From contig JAVECO010000015.1 of NCBI GenBank assembly GCA_051942205.1, positions 62,001 through 126,000 on the forward strand: a DNA stretch of 64,000 bases. Reading direction: 5' to 3'. This document shows, one piece after another, positions 13,555 to 24,999 of this stretch. The stretch is from Coniocarpon cinnabarinum (taxonomy: Eukaryota). Numbering within the stretch: position 1 is the first letter of the stretch; each line of letters starts with the position of its first letter. The translations under genes were made by a program, and so were the position numbers. The notes under the pieces were generated by a model. That model searched no databases. It was given only the letters and a program-made list of their open reading frames with translations, and was not told the DNA's origin.

Positions 13555-14142
13555 TCAGACCGCCTCCTCGGAAAAAGCCGACTCTATCGGCTTGTCAAGG
13601 AATGTCGCGTGACCAAAGACAGCGACAGCTGTTGCACCCACGAGCCACAGAACGGCAGAGATGGGTGAGGCGATGAAGCCGAGTGGGATGGCGACGACGA
13701 GGAGACCAGTGTAAAGCTGAGAAGGAGTTGCACGGAAGACGCCAATGTCAAGATCACGGCCATTCAGCTTGCCGATACCCCATAGACCACCCACAACGAA
13801 GATGATGTCGAAGAGGAGCAGCAGGTGAGTCAGCAAAGTGTAGATGCTGAGCATGACAAAGACAACTGCATAGTTGCTGGAGAAGTAAGACAACTAGTCG
13901 CCGGTCAGCTGCGCCATCACTATTGTTCTGCGGCCTGAATGTGGACTCACGTTGTAATTGACACGTGCTTGAACCTCGCCAAAGTCGTGGGGCTTGGAGA
14001 TGCGCTTGAAGTCAAGGAATTCACTGATAGGCTTGAGATTGGCAAAGCGAGAGCTGACAGACTGATTGCGCATACTCTGGAAACGGTCGCCGAAGTTGAG
14101 TCGAGATGTCAAAGCATCAATAGGGATCTGAATTTTAGCCAT
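13555..14142 (-). CDS. YIP3: Prenylated Rab acceptor PRA1/Yip3
   Basis: RFANLKPISEFLDFKRISKP...RVNYN|LSYFSSNYAVVF...HATFLDKPIESAFSEEAV. One intron about 13894-13950. Confidence 0.93.
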
Positions 14143-14724
14143 TGCAAGAGAGGAGTGAGAGCGCCGTTTGTAATGCGGTTATCGAAATGTGCTGTGAAGT
14201 GAATTTGCTGGGATAGCGATCGAGGCTGAGCGGATGAGAAGGGCTGGTGGGTTAGGAAGTACAAAGGCAGTCAGTCAAGCGGTGGTTGATAAATGAGTGA
14301 ATATAAGCGAGTGAGGCTTGGACTTGGAGCTTCGTGGTCAGGCAGCTGGATTGTTTGAATGTGGCATGTGTTGGAGAAAGGTTGTGATGACCAGAGACTT
14401 GTAAGGTCAGCGTTGGGAATATTTGTGTTGCAAGACAGCCGTGACAGCGCAGGGGCTGGGGCCAAGATTGGAAGACCCTGACCGCACCTTCCCAGCGGTG
14501 ATCTGTGCGCCAGCCAAGCAGCCAATCATCAATGAGCAGGAACAGTTGGGCTTGACTGGGCAGGGTGCTCGCATTTTCAACCACACATTGTGAAGTCAGG
14601 GAAGTTTTTAATGGCAGAGCTCGTGTGCTGCAGCGAAAGTCATTCGTAACGCCCGCCTGAAGCTCGCTGAAATGCCAAAAGCCTTTTAAAGTACAACTAG
14701 CACCCCAAAGCGGGCAACACCATC

Positions 14725-16075
14725 ATGCGTCCGATCACTGTGTTTCTGTGGCTTCTGGCGCCGCTGTTGGCCTTGACATGGTCGGCAGATGATCATGAAA
14801 TCTTTAGGCTAGCAGACGAGCTTCGGTGCGGACTGGAAAAACACATCGAAGCATTTTGCTTGCTAACGGTTCATTGCCAGGACACTCTCCGGCCCTAATA
14901 CTACCTTCTACTCCTTCCTCTCCGTTCCTTCGACCGCCTCTAACTCCGACATCAACACTGCTCTGCGTAGACGAAGTCGCAACCTCCACCCTGACAAGGC
15001 CATTCCGAGTCTGGTATCGAAACTTAATGCAGAAAAAGTCAAGGCCGCACAAAAGTCTGGCAAGACCTCCTCCACCACGGTGACTGAGAAAGAGAAGAGA
15101 CGACTCACCAAAGAGGCTAACGATCGCTACGCCATCCTTCCTGCCATTGCGGGTATCCTGCGTGACCAGCGTCGCGAGCGTTACGATTACTTTCTGAAGA
15201 ATGGCTTTCCCAAATGGCGCGGCACTGGATACTACTACGCTCGCTTTCGTCCTGGCTTCAGCTCGGTTGTGCTAGGCCTGCTTGTTGTGTTTGGTGGCGG
15301 GGCACACTATGGCGCCATGTACATCAGCTGGAAACGGCGTCGCGAGTTCGTGGAGCGGTACGTTGGCCATGCTCGCAAGATGGCATGGGGCGACGAGAGC
15401 GGCATTCCCGGTTTGGACAGCGCGCTGAACGGAAACGCGGAGCCTGCGGTCCCGACGCAAGACATACAGCAGATGGATGCGGCCAGTCAGCAACAGCAAG
15501 GATTGAACAGGAAGCAGAAAAGGCAGCAAGAAAGGGAAGGGAGAAGAGAGAGTAAGAAACCTACAAGAACGAAAAGCGCTGGAGCAGTGAAGCAGGCCGA
15601 CGGTGCTACCGACGCCTCCCAGAACGGAACGCAGACCTCAGCTCGAAAGAAGGTGGTAGCGGAGAACGGGAAGGTCCTGGTGGTGGAGGCCGAGGGGAAT
15701 GTGTTTTTGGAAGAGGAGACCAGCGATGGGGAGACACATGAGCTTTTACTTGATGTGAGTATCGGTCAACTACTTTTTACCCGATGACGGCTTGCGATAC
15801 TGATCTTTTGCTCCTGCTAGCCGGACGAGATTCCCGCACCGAGGGTGCTTGATACAGCTTTGTTTCGACTCCCAGTATGGATGTATTCGCGGACTGTTGG
15901 TTGGGTGTTAGGCCCAAAGTCCGGCGTCGAACCCGACGAGCAATTATTGACAGACGGCAACATTACAATGGAGAGTCCCGAAGCGCACTCTACCCAACTC
16001 GTTGAGAATTCTGCGGCCCAAAATCCAAACGCTGATGCGCGAAAACGAAAAGCAAAAGCAAAGAGTAAAAAATGA
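14725..16075 (+). CDS. ERJ5: ER membrane J-domain protein (Erj5-like)
   Basis: Signal peptide MRPITVFLWLLAPLLALTW, then SADDHEIFRL, intron, TTFYSFL...LHPDK (HPD motif), RERYDYFLKNGFPKWRGTGYYYARFRPG, and a TM segment. Second intron about 15754-15820. Confidence 0.88.
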
Positions 16076-16278
16076 GTAAAAAGACCTGTATGTACCTGTC
16101 GGGACCGACCCGTCTCGACCAACACAAGTTGTCTGTCGATTGAGTGCGAATGTACTGTGTAGGGACTTAACACCGTCTCAAGATATACACGCTATCTTGT
16201 GTCAGAACATCCCATATGATGGCAATCTTGCTTTCCGACTGCACTCCAGGCAGAGAGAGTCTCGAATTGCCTGGATTG

Positions 16279-17649
16279 CTAGAACAGTGGCTCCACGCCC
16301 TCAGGCATGGGCAGCTGGAAGTCGGGATTGAAGTTTGCAAATTGCTCGTCCAAGGCTGCCTGTAACGCTGCTAAGCCGTTGTCGTCTAGGTCAGCCCGCA
16401 CGCCCCGTTCTTTCGCTTGATCCTCTTCATATTGCCTGGCCATCACATCAACAATGCTCTCTTCCTCATCACAATGACCCGCCTGCCCTGACGTCTGGGT
16501 GGCTACCAAATTTGGTTTCTTCCTCTCGGCCATCTTAGGCTTTCCTGCGCGGAGCTCGGCTGAAACCTGTCGGCCCTTTGCACGCCCTATCGTGCTTCGA
16601 GATGCCATGTGACCGTTCAATTTTCGAGTTCTCTCATGATGACTGGAAGAATCATGCGACGTTTGCTTGCCGACAGTGGCTTGCCGAGCTTGTGATGCCG
16701 CCGTCGGAGCCGCAAACCTATTAAAAGAGGCGGATGCAGATCGTTGTTGAGTCGCTCGTGGCCCGACTGACAGTGCAGATGCAGCTGCCTTAGAGTCCAC
16801 TTCACTTGGTGGTTTTCTATCCCAGATTGTCTGATTGCTTGCCTTCCGGCTCTTGCTCCATTTTTGGACTTCTAAATTCTTGGGTGGCTCGCTTCCGTGC
16901 AGTCGATCGAACTCTTCCCAGTCGATAGTCGACGCCTGTTGGGTAAGTCGGTTACCATAGTCCTCCAACCAGGCCTCATCCTCGTCCGTTCTTCGCTTTA
17001 TGTCTCTCTGTAAAGGTGTAAGGCCGTCCTCACCGACTGGATTGAAATACGTTTCCATAGCGCCACGCATTAGGTTTTGTGGTTGGAGCTCTGGAAATGA
17101 ATGGTCGATCTTGTACTCCTCCTCATCGCTGTCAGGCATGTCCGGTTCCGCAAGGCGGTTGGCAGTCTCAATTTCAGGCGGTTCAGAGTCATCATCGGAT
17201 AGCTCGACTTCTTGGGTTGCAATAGCGTCGTCATTCCGGAGCGGTCCAGTAGGCAGTTGAGAACGTGGTGAGTGATGTACACGAAGTTTGTGCCTAGACG
17301 CAGCAGTGCGAGCTCGCTGTTGCGCTGGAGTTTTGAGATCTATGTTTCCTTGAGGCTTGAGCTCTGCTGGTAGAGCTGCAGGTGTAGCAAACGGCTTGGT
17401 CTTCGCGTTGGTGGTTTTGGCTCCCAAGGGGGCTCGCTCGCGTGGGGCGGGTGTCTGCAATACATCCTTGGTTTTACCCTTGCCTGTAGCAAAGATAGTG
17501 TTCTCATCGTTTGAGAGCACCTTGCGGGCTGGAGTCTTCCCGTGAGGTTGTGGGCCAGGGGTTTTGGAGCCGAGGGCGTTTCGTTTCGCTGCGCCAGCGA
17601 CGTGGTGGGCGTGGGTGAGATTCTCCTGATCGTGTTTGCGAGAATACAT
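16279..17649 (-). CDS. Disordered protein, probable securin/APC-C substrate
   Basis: Intronless 456-aa ORF. D-box-like RAPLGAKTTN, QEN/DEN motifs, several TP Cdk sites, acidic EPPEIE segment. Confidence 0.65.
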   Translation of the reverse strand: MYSRKHDQENLTHAHHVAGAAKRNALGSKTPGPQPHGKTPARKVLSNDENTIFATGKGKTKDVLQTPAPRERAPLGAKTTNAKTKPFATPAALPAELKPQGNIDLKTPAQQRARTAASRHKLRVHHSPRSQLPTGPLRNDDAIATQEVELSDDDSEPPEIETANRLAEPDMPDSDEEEYKIDHSFPELQPQNLMRGAMETYFNPVGEDGLTPLQRDIKRRTDEDEAWLEDYGNRLTQQASTIDWEEFDRLHGSEPPKNLEVQKWSKSRKASNQTIWDRKPPSEVDSKAAASALSVGPRATQQRSASASFNRFAAPTAASQARQATVGKQTSHDSSSHHERTRKLNGHMASRSTIGRAKGRQVSAELRAGKPKMAERKKPNLVATQTSGQAGHCDEEESIVDVMARQYEEDQAKERGVRADLDDNGLAALQAALDEQFANFNPDFQLPMPEGVEPLF

Positions 17650-17784
17650 TTTTTAGAATTCGATGGCAATCTCGATAACTTCCCTGGGTCTGGTTGGACA
17701 GTCACCTAGCTACATAGATACTCCAGAACAGATGCACTGTAATTCTGCAATGAGCGCCCATTGCTTTGAAGTAAATACGCTGTG

Positions 17785-17790
17785 ACGCGT
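17785..17790. promoter_or_regulatory. MCB-like element ACGCGT in the divergent promoter of the securin candidate and tropomyosin
   Basis: tgACGCGTca about 135 bp upstream of ATG 17649. A single hexamer, so it could be chance. Confidence 0.35.
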
Positions 17791-18021
17791 CAGGTTAGCG
17801 TAGCAACGGCGCCAGGGTCCAGGGGGCGGCAAGGAAAGCTACGGTCGCGGCTTCTTCATCCCACCTGAGCATTTCGTTGTTGTCCAGATACAAACGATTA
17901 GCTCTGCCCCTTGCCCAAACCCTCTCACAAACGCTTCTGCTTCATCCATTCAGTACACAATACAGGCCGCCGTCAAAACTTTTGCTCTCTAGTCAAATAC
18001 CCCCGCCGAACATCATTCATC

Positions 18022-18699
18022 ATGGCTATGGACAGGATCAAAGAGGTAAGATGCCCCTCACGAGGCTTCCACATGAAGTACTTGGTTCTCCGTCTTGCAG
18101 GCTCCACGCTTGCAGGCTTTAGGTGTATCATGAGTCGAGCAAGCTGATAGGGACTTGTTTCTAGAAAATGAACCAGCTCCGGGTGGAGGCGGACACCAAC
18201 GCATCCCAAGTTGAAGAGCTTAAACAAAAGATCAAAACACTGGAACAAGACAACCTCTCAAAAGAGCAAGAGATCACATCTCTGACTCATAGAAACGGGG
18301 TCTTGGAGAAGGACATTGACAAGCTGGAGGGCAGTGTCAAAGAGCACAAGTCTGCTGCAGAAGAGAGTGCACAACATGGTACGCAAAACGAAGCCCTTCA
18401 GCGGAAATTACAGATGTTGGAGGAAGAGGCTGAGGAAGCCGACCGCAATCTGCGCGAGACGAATGAAAAGTATGTCGATCCAAGTGGACCTATCTTTGAA
18501 GCTCTCGTGCATCCAGTACTGACTGTGGCTGTGCAGGCTGAGACAAACGGATGTTAAAGCAGGGCATTACGAACAGAAAGTCAAGGCTCTCGAGTCCGAG
18601 CGTGATCAGTGGGAGAAGAAATTTGAGGACATGTCGAAGAAGTATGAGGATTCGAAGAAGGAGGTTGACGATTTACTTCGAGATATGGGTAGTCTGTGA
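18022..18699 (+). CDS. TPM1: Tropomyosin, 3 exons
   Basis: (MA)MDRIKE|KMNQLRVEAD...LQRKLQMLEEEAEEADRNLRETNEK|LRQTDVKAGHYEQKVKALE. Continuous coiled coil. Confidence 0.95.
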
Positions 18700-18936
18700 A
18701 TCGACGCTGTACGAAGGAGCCACGAATTTACCTTTCGAGCATCGCTCTCCCTTTGCCAGCCTCAACATGCCCGACACGCTTAGAGAAGCGGAAGAATGTG
18801 ACTAAGAGCTACCAGAAATTAGACTACTAGCCGGGAGGGAGCTGAGAGAGGAGCTGGCCGCTGCATTCACGAGCATTACTCATAAATGACATTCGCTCGT
18901 CACAGCAAGATTACACAGGATCGGGCGACTTTCAAG

Positions 18937-19721
18937 TCAACCACGCTTCGCACGCCGTGTGGCAGCGGCTTTGCGCTTCTTCATTACCTGTTGAAGCTTT
19001 GCCAGCTTTCTTTCACCCTTGCTTTCATAGTGAAAGGAAGCCTTCTTGGGCTTCTCCTTCCGCTTCGCTGTGATGCCGTCGGAGCTCTTTTTGACTCCTG
19101 GCGAGCGTTTTGACGGAGCATGTATGTGTGTTCTGCCGTTCCGCTTTGCTATATCAGTCTCCCCAGTATGCTCAATATCATCTTCATCCAGGGATGAGTG
19201 CTCGTCTTCCTCCAACTCTGGATTCAGAGGCTCCACCGTGACTGTGGTGTGCTTCTCTTCGTCAACATATTCATCTTCATGACCATACTCCTGCTCTTCT
19301 TGCACTGCATCGACACCGGTAGATGAATCATGTGCCGCATCATTTGAAGCTTGCTCGTGTCCAGTGTCGTCTTTCTCGTCATCTGAGTCTTGCAATGCCT
19401 TCTCCGCATTTTTTACGCCTTCATTTACAGCCTTGACATGTTCTTCGACCTCCTGTTTTCTTTTTTCTCTCAACTACATTTGAAGTGTCAGGGAATCTCT
19501 TCTCTTAGTCCGAGCTAACGACAACTCCAAAATCGCACCTGTTTGCGGTCTTCAATCTTGGCCTGTCGACCTTTCTCGGCCGCAACCTTCTGCGCATGCT
19601 GTATGCGAGCTTGCTTGCGCCTTCGAAATCCTGTGAGATATTGTTGTCGCGCGTCGAAATCGAATTTGACTTCCTCGACGCCATGATTTTGAAGCTTCCT
19701 GCGCTTTGCAGAGGGTGGCAT
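18937..19721 (-). CDS. RRP17: Ribosomal RNA-processing protein Rrp17/Nol12 family
   Basis: VEEVKFDFDARQQYLTGFRRRKQARIQHAQ, one intron, EYVDEEKHTTVTVE, FHYESKGERK. Confidence 0.88.
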
Positions 19722-19887
19722 TGTAGCTAAGAATCACGGAAGCTCTTCCGGCGAATCATGAAGAAGAATCGGAAGCGACTCAGTTATCATGGCAAGCCCA
19801 ATTAGGCAATGTTCGCCCGCCTGACTTTAGATGGTCCTGGGCCATCACGACTTCGTAGCTTCACAAGTAAAGCCCACATCAGCAGAG

Positions 19888-21043
19888 ATGCGATTAAGGG
19901 CATTTCTGCTCTCTGGTAGCAGCCTGATAGGCTCTGCTGTTGCAACCTTCCAAGATACCGCACCGTTTCTCGCCCTCCTACCCTCCTCGTGAGTCGCAAT
20001 CATTCCGACAGCTGTCCTAGTATGGACTTCTAAGATCGCAATCTGACCTCCAAGTAGATTCTCATTCAGTACTGCTGTCCCCACTCGATTTGCATCGGCC
20101 GGCCGCGTCCATTCTATCGTGGATGATATCGCGAAACAATGTCCCACGAGTTCATACGTCGTAGTGAGCCAGCCCGCTTTCGCCGCCGATGAACATGCCA
20201 GCTGTCAGCCACATTTGCAAAGGCGATCAGTGTCCTCAGATACCAGCAAAAGCGATCCAACAAAGCTGTTCATACCAGAAGTGGTGGGATCGGTGAACGC
20301 AGATGAGATCGCCGCAACGATTCACAATGTCTGCGGCGGGAACATGATGAGACTTAATGGGAGCGACGGCACTGTGCCCGCGTGGCAAGGAGACCATCAT
20401 GTCGTTAGGCTAGAATTTCCAGCACTCATTGACAGACAACCAGAGGCTCGGAGGAAAGAGCTGGTTCGCAACGACGCTGTGCTCAATGCGGTCCTTACAT
20501 CTTTAGAGGACGGCGCGAGCGTGAGCGTCCTGTTTACTACGACGCCTGCACACTCACCAGTAGATGGTGCGAGGACCTCGTCAAACGCCGGTCACACGAA
20601 GAGCCATCTCGACCAAAATCAGCATCCTATGCAGGTTGTCGACTTCGATGTCGAAGACAGCGCGGACCAGTCCCTGCACGTGGCTTGGAAGCGAAATACG
20701 GATGGCCACATTCCTGCTCACTCCTCGACGAGAGAGCCAAGTAGCAACGAAACCAACAGCAATGCTGGACTATTTGAAAAATACAACTATTTGTCTGCAG
20801 GTGAGTTCCTGTCCCGTCATCGTCGTTGACTCTCAGTGGGTCGTCTACGACTAGATGGGTTTCGACAGTTCGAGAACAGCGACTAATGCAAGCGTAGGCA
20901 TTTATATGGGCATTTTTGCCTTCATCCTGCTGTTCAGCATTCTGTTGGTCGGAATGACTGCGGTTGCAAGCATCCAAGTTTCAGAAGGAAGCTTCAACAA
21001 GGAAATGGTGAACGCAATGACGAAAGTGCAGAAACAGCAATGA
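19888..21043 (+). CDS. BIG1: BIG1/Voa1(Ac45)-like ER type-I membrane protein
   Basis: Signal peptide followed by FQDTAPF, CPTSSYVVVSQP, and C-terminal LFEKYNYLSA|GIYMGIFAFILLFSILLVGMTAVASIQVS TM. Two introns. Confidence 0.8.
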
Positions 21044-22782
21044 TTGAAAAACCTTGCGCAGCATTTGATATGGCGTAATATGGCGTTCTCAGGCTTGTAA
21101 GTGATGGGCTGCATAGGATTTTCTGATTGACAGCATTCAAATACATTTTTTTTATCCGCCGTATTTCGTTGATTGGCTGTAAGAGATGATCCTCCATCGG
21201 TGCTTCTTTACCTTGGGTACGACTTCCGCCAAATGCTCTTTATAGGGGGCATGGCTGTGATCGACTTGCGCAAGACTTTGATGACGACCCGCGATCAGAT
21301 GCGCAGGGACGTTCGCCTGTGACACAGTGCTCTGATATTTCAATCGGATCGGAAACCACGACACGATTTCGCACCGATGCTTCAAAAGCAGCTTCGACCC
21401 CAATCTTGTTCAACTCTTGCTTCATCTGGCGCAGATTACAGTCAGCGAATCAGGTTCTGTCAATATCAACTGTGCATGTTTTGAAGGGTTGCGTCTCCCC
21501 ATGTCTGCGTCCCGGGCCGAAAACCCTCCCCAGGTTCCTAGCTCGACTCATCATCCTTCTCCTGAGCCTTTTTGAGTCCTTACTATCAACTCAAGTCAGT
21601 GCCATCATTGGCGGAAGGATCGCAGGATGCATTGCCCTCGCCATTCTCCTATGCTTCATCGTATACCTGACGCGCTGGAAAAGAGAAAAGCGTCGCAAAA
21701 GACAGCTCTCTTCCGCGAAAATTAACGGTCCACAAAAGGCACCAAAATGGATCTACAATGCGTGCGACTATTTGGTCGACAGTATGGGAGGCGATGGGTC
21801 GCAGAAGCATCGAATGACAATGATATCAATAAAGCTCCACAGAACAAGTATTTGCAGCCGGCTGCAGAATTGGCGACTACGCACACACATTTGGGATTGT
21901 CGGCGTCTCAGCGTTGCATGGAAGAGAGGGTAGGTAATTACGCAGAAGGAAGCTGCGAGCTTAGCTTTGTGTGACCGGAAGTACGGATTCTCTTTTGCTC
22001 GTTTTTATGGATGACTACAGTTCTTTGGGCAAAACATTCGACCTCCTATGCTTAGATGGTATGTTGTTGTCATTTCAAATTTTCGAACTTGCGCAACGGC
22101 ATTTATTAGAAGCTAATAGAGGATGAGGGGTGATGACGCGACTTGTTATGCTTTGACAACGCTGCAATTCAATGGGAAAGGAATCAAAGACACTCGTTTT
22201 GATAATGCATCTGCGACGATCGGAGCTACTAGCATTGCCAGCGATGAACCAAGAGTATTGTATTGCATTTATGGACCTAAGTGGGGGAGCTGCAGAGCCT
22301 CATCTCCTCATTTTGAAATTGACGCCCAAGCACTGATGCTTGAAAACTGAACTCTGTCTCTGGCAATGTGATTTTAGCTGAAGATGAGTTTTCGAAACGT
22401 GTTGATTGTGTGAGTGAATGCCAGAAATTACCTTCTTTCATCCATCAAAGCTTTGTGTAGCGGTATCATCGAGTTAGGTCAAAGTTGACGGGCGCTCGAG
22501 GTGACTAGGCTACAGACGACGAGGCAACGAGGCAAACAGATAGCAGTTACCCACTTCAGCCTCATGGTATCGAAGTACCTCCTCTGAGCCTCAAATCATG
22601 ACCGCACTTGCAAGGCAGATAGAATGCTGCACTGCCACGCTCATTCAGCGGTGTGGGTGCGAGATTGTTCCTTTCTGAATTGAGCCCGACGAAGGCTACA
22701 AGCACTCGACAACTAACTCGGCTTTCCCAAAAAGCAGACGAATGAGTTGCTTGAGCTGCAACTTTGTGTCAATTAGATCAAG

Positions 22783-24643
22783 ATGGTGCCAGCCTTCGGC
22801 TTCTCCATTGGTGACATTATCACTATTGCTCACCTCTTCCGCCAAATCTACACATGTGTGGCTTCTACAGCCCATCTGAAATGGGAATTGACCACTCTAG
22901 GTGACCATTATGGGCGGCTCTGCTCGTCGGTCATTCGGATAATAGATACCTGTCAACGACATCCAGAGTGCATAGCACCAGAGACCCAGAATTGTCTTGA
23001 GCACCATCTCAAGCGATGTCGGGACCATCTTGAGCAGTTTCTTGATGCGGTACGCCCAGTTGTGCAAAGTCGTGGCGGAAGCATCACACCCGCAGGATTA
23101 AAGACGCTTGCGCGACGAGCTGCATTTGCACCACGTCGTGGCTCTGTGACACGGAAGATAGTAGAAGCGTTCCAAAGGGAGCAGCAGGCGATCCAGCTCT
23201 GTATCGATGCAGTCCTAGTGTGAGTGCTCGCAAGATTTCCGCAAGGGGATCTATTGACGTTTTTCCTGTAGTCAAAACTCTGTGGAGACATCGCGCGCCT
23301 CGCGAGAAACTCAAGTAGCCTGCGATAATATAAAGGACGACTTTGCCGCACTAGTTGCCATGCTTGGAAGCATGCCAAAGGAACTGGGTTATACCTGGGA
23401 AGGTGGAGAACTGAAGCAGCACGTCAGGCTCCTTCAAGCCAGCGGCGAGACACAAACAGTGCCATTTGACTTTTGTTCTGATCCCGAGGTAAGACACAAC
23501 ACCCTTGTGCGTAAAAGGCATGTACCCATCATCTTTCTAGACCTTTCATCAATACCTCCTGTTGGACAAGTCTTACCCAGGGCGACAACGTGTACAGGCT
23601 GGGCATTATCAGCTCATCGATCGTAGCAATGGAGAACTGGTTAACGGCCGTAATGAAGAAGCGTGGCGAACAGCCATGAGGCCAGGTCGGCAGATGATGC
23701 TAAGTGTCATGCTCGGCACCTTCAGATACGCAAAAAGTCTGGGCAGGCAGTGTCCACGTTGTATTTCATTTGATCTTCTCGAAGACGTATTGGTTGGATG
23801 GAAAAGATGGTGCGAGCTGAACTCCAGTGGATGCGTATGTGCCTTTTGTTGACACTTTGCAGCCTAGGGTGTGGCCTCTCATTCAATCAATTTGCCATTC
23901 ATCAATGGAAGCACGAAGAAGAACCCACCGACATGCCGTCGAAGTGGGAACACGGTCCATGGAAACAGAAGTTGTCGGAAGGCGCAGACTCAGCCATCCC
24001 ACTATCGCCATCATCCCTACGCCTGAATTGCCCATCGAGATCTGAGACCACTTCTATCACCACTGACATCTCAGGATCACCAACAGTGACTAACGGTTTC
24101 CACGACCGCGAGGATCGTCTGCGGCGGCTGACGGTAGTATATGCGCCCATCTTCAATAACGTGTTCCGCGCTAGGATATGTGGATGTAGGCTAGCGGGTG
24201 ATTCTTCGCGCTTCGCTCCAGATATTGATATCAAGTGGGATACGCCGTGCAGACTTCACTTTTTCGATGAGGTGGCTGTCAGATTTGATATCAAACTCAC
24301 GAAGCCGGACAAGGGGTATGATCCAGAGACAGATCCTTACTTTGATCGTTTTGGCGGACACATGGCTTTTGCACTGTTCATGGGTGGGGAAATTCTGGTA
24401 CAACGAAGTATTGACGTCGCGAAGCTACTACCGATGGGAAGGCTAAAGGAGGCTGAGGGAGCACTAGCGCAGGCATGGTCCAATCCTCAACATCGCGCCG
24501 CTCTCGAAGAGTGGAGGGCCGAGTTCATCGAAGGCTACTTCGATTGGAATTCAAAATATGAAGAAAAGGGTCGAGAACAACGCCGGCAAATGGACAATGA
24601 AGATAGCAAGCAGGTCGTCAAGTGGCGACGCGGAAGTTTCTAA
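22783..24643 (+). CDS. Fungal STAND N-terminal (SesA/HeLo-like) helical domain + ubiquitin-like domain + CxxC-CxxC finger + unknown C-terminal domain, 4 exons
   Basis: MVPAFGFSIGDII start typical of the SesA-like family. LGYTWE...VRLLQASG..VPFDFC..FHQYL..PGRQRVQAGHYQL..W...RPGRQMMLSV resembles the fungal ubiquitin-like domain. CPRC...CLGC. Introns 23220-23271, 23489-23540 and about 23809-23862 all splice in frame. Confidence 0.75.
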
Positions 24644-24999
24644 TGGATGGCCTACAGGCATGGGCGACAACTGTTGAGGCTAAAAGTGACTTGAGTACTC
24701 ATGCAGGGTTATCCAGATCAGGCAATATGTCACCTTAAACCTACAGCTACCACCATCTTATGTTGATAGAACATGGACACCGTTGAATGACCGTAATGAA
24801 GCCGTGACACTTCAAAACATGACGTTATCTGGCACGTGCAACCTTTGAGGCTGAACCTGAACCATCGTAGCGTTCAATGTAACGCAGAAGTTACGCCCGT
24901 TCTAACGTCCATTCGTATTCCTGAGATCCGTTCCCTGTTAGTTGCACATCGCTAGATGGGACGTGAATCTCATATTGAGGATAAATGTCTACAGTACCC

